NCBI GenBank assembly: GCA_030390025.1
Contig: CM059431.1
Location: 120,468,001 to 120,532,000 of the forward strand
DNA from: Squalus acanthias
Taxonomy: Eukaryota
Direction of reading: 5' to 3'
DNA length: 64,000 nucleotides
This document shows, piece by piece, positions 60,460 through 64,000 of this stretch. The stretch's first letter is position 1; each line of letters starts with the position of its first letter. Position numbers and translations under genes: made by a program. The notes beneath the pieces are model-generated. The model saw only the letters and a program-made list of their open reading frames with translations. It did not search any database and was not told the DNA's origin.

Positions 60460-63117
60460 TTTTTCTCTTCAGAGTGCTTCTACGAGGTGCACCCCCTATG
60501 GCTTCAGTAGAGGTAGAGGCAGGCTGCTCACTTCCCTACTGTGACTGCTTAGACACTTTTGCCGGATGTCTTCTGAGTTTTGGCGCCTGTGAGGGCCCCG
60601 CCAAAGACTGCTCCTCTTGTAACTTTGAAGGGGCAGACTCAGCCATCGGGATCCGAGGCAGCATGTGGAGCTCTGACTGAGGGGGAGGCAACAGTGGAGA
60701 AGTGGGAGTGATTGGAGCAGTGCCTCCACTTCCATGTGCCCCCTCACCATCATCCCTCTCATGGGCTACCCGCACTTCCCTGCTAGCAGGGAGCTAGAGA
60801 GCACCTTGCTGCACATCAGTGGGGCAATGTGTGAAGGAATAAGCCATATTCAGAAAAATACACCATTCTATGAAATATTCTGGCCTTTGAAACCTGACAA
60901 ACTGGGCTTGATAATCTGGAAGCCTCAACAATCTAAAGCTGTGAACAGCATACAGGCTGTTGAGATAAGATAAGTTGTTGACACTGAATCAATAACCTTG
61001 TTGAAACAGAAGGTTAGAGGTTCCTGAAATTCTGAAGCCTTGGAAAGAACACAATGGTATACCCTGTTAAAGTGTCTTAAACCAACACTTTGGAAAGAAA
61101 CACATAAAATTAAAGAAACATATGCCTTTGTAAAAATGACATCAAATGAAATACGGAGACACGACTCTGTGTTACAACCAGTTGAGGTAACTAAGAAGAC
61201 AATGGTGCACCTGATTGAGGTGTTCTAAATGCAAAAGATACAAACAGAAGACATTGGTAAAAATGACATCAAATAGATGCACCAGCCATCACATTGTTTT
61301 TATGATAAGCTTCGAACACCTAAAGGTAGAGACACGATTCTTAATGCTACAAGCTGATCTAACTGTAAAAATAGCAGGGGTCAACAGAAAAATGACTAGA
61401 GATAATTAGCTTACATCAGCAGAAAACTTCAAAGGATATACCACTGAGAAAGGGTATAAAAATTGAACTCTCAAATGGGAAGATAGATTCGCTGTAAAGG
61501 GGCAAAGCTCTGTAAGTCTACAACTCTTTGTATCTCGGGGATCAAGGTACTTGTATTTGATTTTGGTGGATATCCTGGAATAAGACTAAGAAATGTAAAA
61601 ATGTAGCGAAGTTAAGATTTGAGAATAAGGATCTCTGATAGTAGAATTGTAAGATTTTTGTATTTGGAACTGTTAATGTTGTGATTGAATCACCTACTGT
61701 AATTACATGTCGGTTCTTTAATAAATCTATATATTTTTACAATTGTCTCACATAGTACTTCTGTATCAAACTTGCAAACTCAATCTCTGTATGCTCTTTG
61801 GTGAGGAGTTGCAGAATTCTGAGGGAGTTTTCCGGACCCTCATAATATCCGGAAGGTTACAGTCTAGCTAAACTTATTAAAAGTGCTATCTGGAGGATGG
61901 TAACATCTTTAGGTTGTTCCGTTACTTTAGGGAGAGATAGTCTGGACCTTTAGACGCAATTAAGCATCTTTAGGATTCGGCTACCTCTAACTTTAGTTGA
62001 GAGTGAACGTCTGGGGAATACGCCTGATCCGGGGTAGCCCTAAAGTGGCTAAGACTAGTAATTATCCCTTCAAATGTATGCCCAAGTCTACATTGGTATC
62101 CTTTCTAGAGCTGAGTTCAATAAGAGTCTGCAAGCTGTTGTTCACAGCTAGAATGTTTTTGTTTGACTGGCGCATTAGCTGCTCCATGCAGGTGGCCATC
62201 CTTTCCATGGAAGAGCACATCGTCACCACTTGATGGACCTGTGGGAGGGTAAAGACTTGAATTAGAACTCTTATGATAAGAATGTTTAACATTATCATTA
62301 TGCACATCATGATATTTCACTGGGTGCTGACATCAGTCACCATGAGTGACTTTGTATGCCATGTGGCTGATTGATATTTAATTCTGCCACCAGGTTGCTA
62401 GGAGGTCCCCCTCTCTCCATCTCCCACCGCCAGCAGCTCTGCCACTCCACTTAATTCCAGTGCCTCCTCCTCTGATGGCGTCAATGTAGTGTAAATTGGA
62501 GGCCACCTCCAGTTTTCAGTCCCTCCCTGTTGTTCTGTGCTCTCTTCTCCGGCAAGGAGAGAAAAAAGAGAACTTTGAGTGAGAGTGGTGGAATGAGTAT
62601 AAGGGATGGATGGGTTCCATCTGTAGAAGGTGACTATGAGGGAGTGGCATGACATTGCCAAATGGCCTCCTTCTGTGGCGTTACTTTCTATGATTGCATT
62701 AGGCTTAGAGTGAGTGTCAGTGGTGGATAGTCATATGTGAGTAGGTGCATAGACAGTGAGGGATGGGTGCACCTGCAAGGTATGTTGGTTTGAGGAGTAT
62801 TGTGCAGGAGTAGGAATTTGGGAAGATAGAGTGATGGAGTTGGGGTGACATGCACATCAGGATGTAGTTGAATGTGGCATTGTACTCACCTTTCTTGACC
62901 TCATGAGGTCATTAAATCTCTTCCTGCATTGAATCCAGGAGCAGCTGACAACACCCCCACTGTTCACTTCTTGGGTGATCTCCAGCCATGCCCTCTTGGT
63001 TTCAGTGGCTGGTCTCTTCCTGCCGTCACCTGGGAAGAAGACCTCCTTCCTTGCTCTCATTCCCTGGAGCAGAATGTCCAGGGAGAATCTGAAAACCTGG
63101 GCGCAGTCTTCTGGCAC
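60460..63117 (-). pseudogene. Harbinger Myb/SANT partner pseudogene (exons near 62890-63117, 62400-62550, and 62073-62235 + 60460-60831), split by a solo LTR
   Basis: AWLEITQEV..SWIQCRKRFNDL followed by a GTGAGT donor at the same position as in the intact element; C-terminus PASTSTEAIGGAPRRSTLKRK. Confidence 0.8.
60832..62072 (+). mobile_element. Solo LTR (1241 bp)
   Basis: TGAAGGAATAA...TTATCCCTTCA inverted termini; flanks aatgtg/aatgta; TATAAAA at 61455 and AATAAA at 61720; interrupts a Harbinger exon. Confidence 0.8.
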
Positions 63118-64000
63118 TGAAACTGCATTGTTGTCTCTAAAGGATTATCCCTCACAGTCAAAGTCAAATTCTGGCTGTAACACCAACAGACACCTCTTAC
63201 AATGACCTCTAGACTACCCCCAACAACCTTCAACTCTCATCTGTCCACTGCCCCTTTAAATAGGTAAGCTGAAGTTGAGTCATCCGTGACATCACCAGAC
63301 CGGCTCCATTTAATTGGTCGGGAAACCCGCATGACTAAGTCAAGTGATTTCATTAAGTTAAACATGCAGTGCAGAGCGCGCTGATGGACTATTCGTGATG
63401 GCGACCCGCTACGAGGCACCACCCCCGCCCATCCCCCTAGCACCCCAACCCACTCAAAGGTAAAAATTCAGCCATGGCTTTTTCAATTTTATCAGCTTCT
63501 GATACCATGGCAATTTTGAAAGTCAAGGTTGCAGAGATTTCCCTTGCGCTCTCCATTGCTAAGAGCACAAATGCAAAAATTATATTGTTTGCTGTTATTC
63601 CCATATGGTCTGAAAATTTTGATGGGTGGAAAAGGGATGGGGATGTGATGTAATCTGATCATGTTTCAACATCCACCTTCACCCAAATTCAGCACTATTA
63701 GACCAAGAGAAAACATGTGGGGCACTTTTAATTCTAAGTTAAATTGCGTCACATACTATTTCTAAATCTGATAAAATTGTAGGACATTACGGAACTAATA
63801 TTAACCTGATATAGACCAGCTATCTGTGAAGGTTTAGAAAGTGGGAACCTGAGAACAGAGAAGCCAGAAACTTACAGAAAGTTCCCTTTTACTTTTCCAT
63901 TATACATGTAATGTTCATTCGTTTACAAACTATTTGATAAATACACTGTGCGTAATCTACATATAGACTGGGCAAACCAAATTTGCAGTATTAGTGTGGA

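Larger units (their letters stand above)
58515..63474 (+). mobile_element. Decayed full-length two-gene Harbinger (relic 3); ends approximate
   Basis: tggccagaatttt / aaaattcagcca ends; transposase and convergent Myb pseudogenes. Confidence 0.8.

Overview
Vertebrate genomic DNA, inferred to be a cartilaginous fish (shark-like) from its repeat content. It is almost entirely intergenic or intronic, and I could not identify a host gene. The centrepiece is an apparently intact, young, autonomous PIF/Harbinger DNA transposon (21135-25455). It has GGGGTARAAATT TIRs, perfect TTA target-site duplications, an uninterrupted 386-aa DDE transposase, and a convergent 3-exon Myb/SANT partner gene that I spliced by hand to 517 aa. 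A 194-bp MITE with the same ends and TTA TSD sits at 31731-31924. Around it are two decayed two-gene Harbingers, internally deleted derivatives and many Harbinger-type MITEs. Retroelements include two Penelope-like families whose terminal repeats carry minimal hammerhead ribozyme motifs (cores intact at 17712-17748 and 39122-39156), two solo LTRs, CR1, L2 and another CR1-group LINE, and two tRNA-derived SINE families that share 3' tails with LINEs in the window. One CR1 has an inverted 5' part. All alignments and coordinates were done by eye; no database searches were run.
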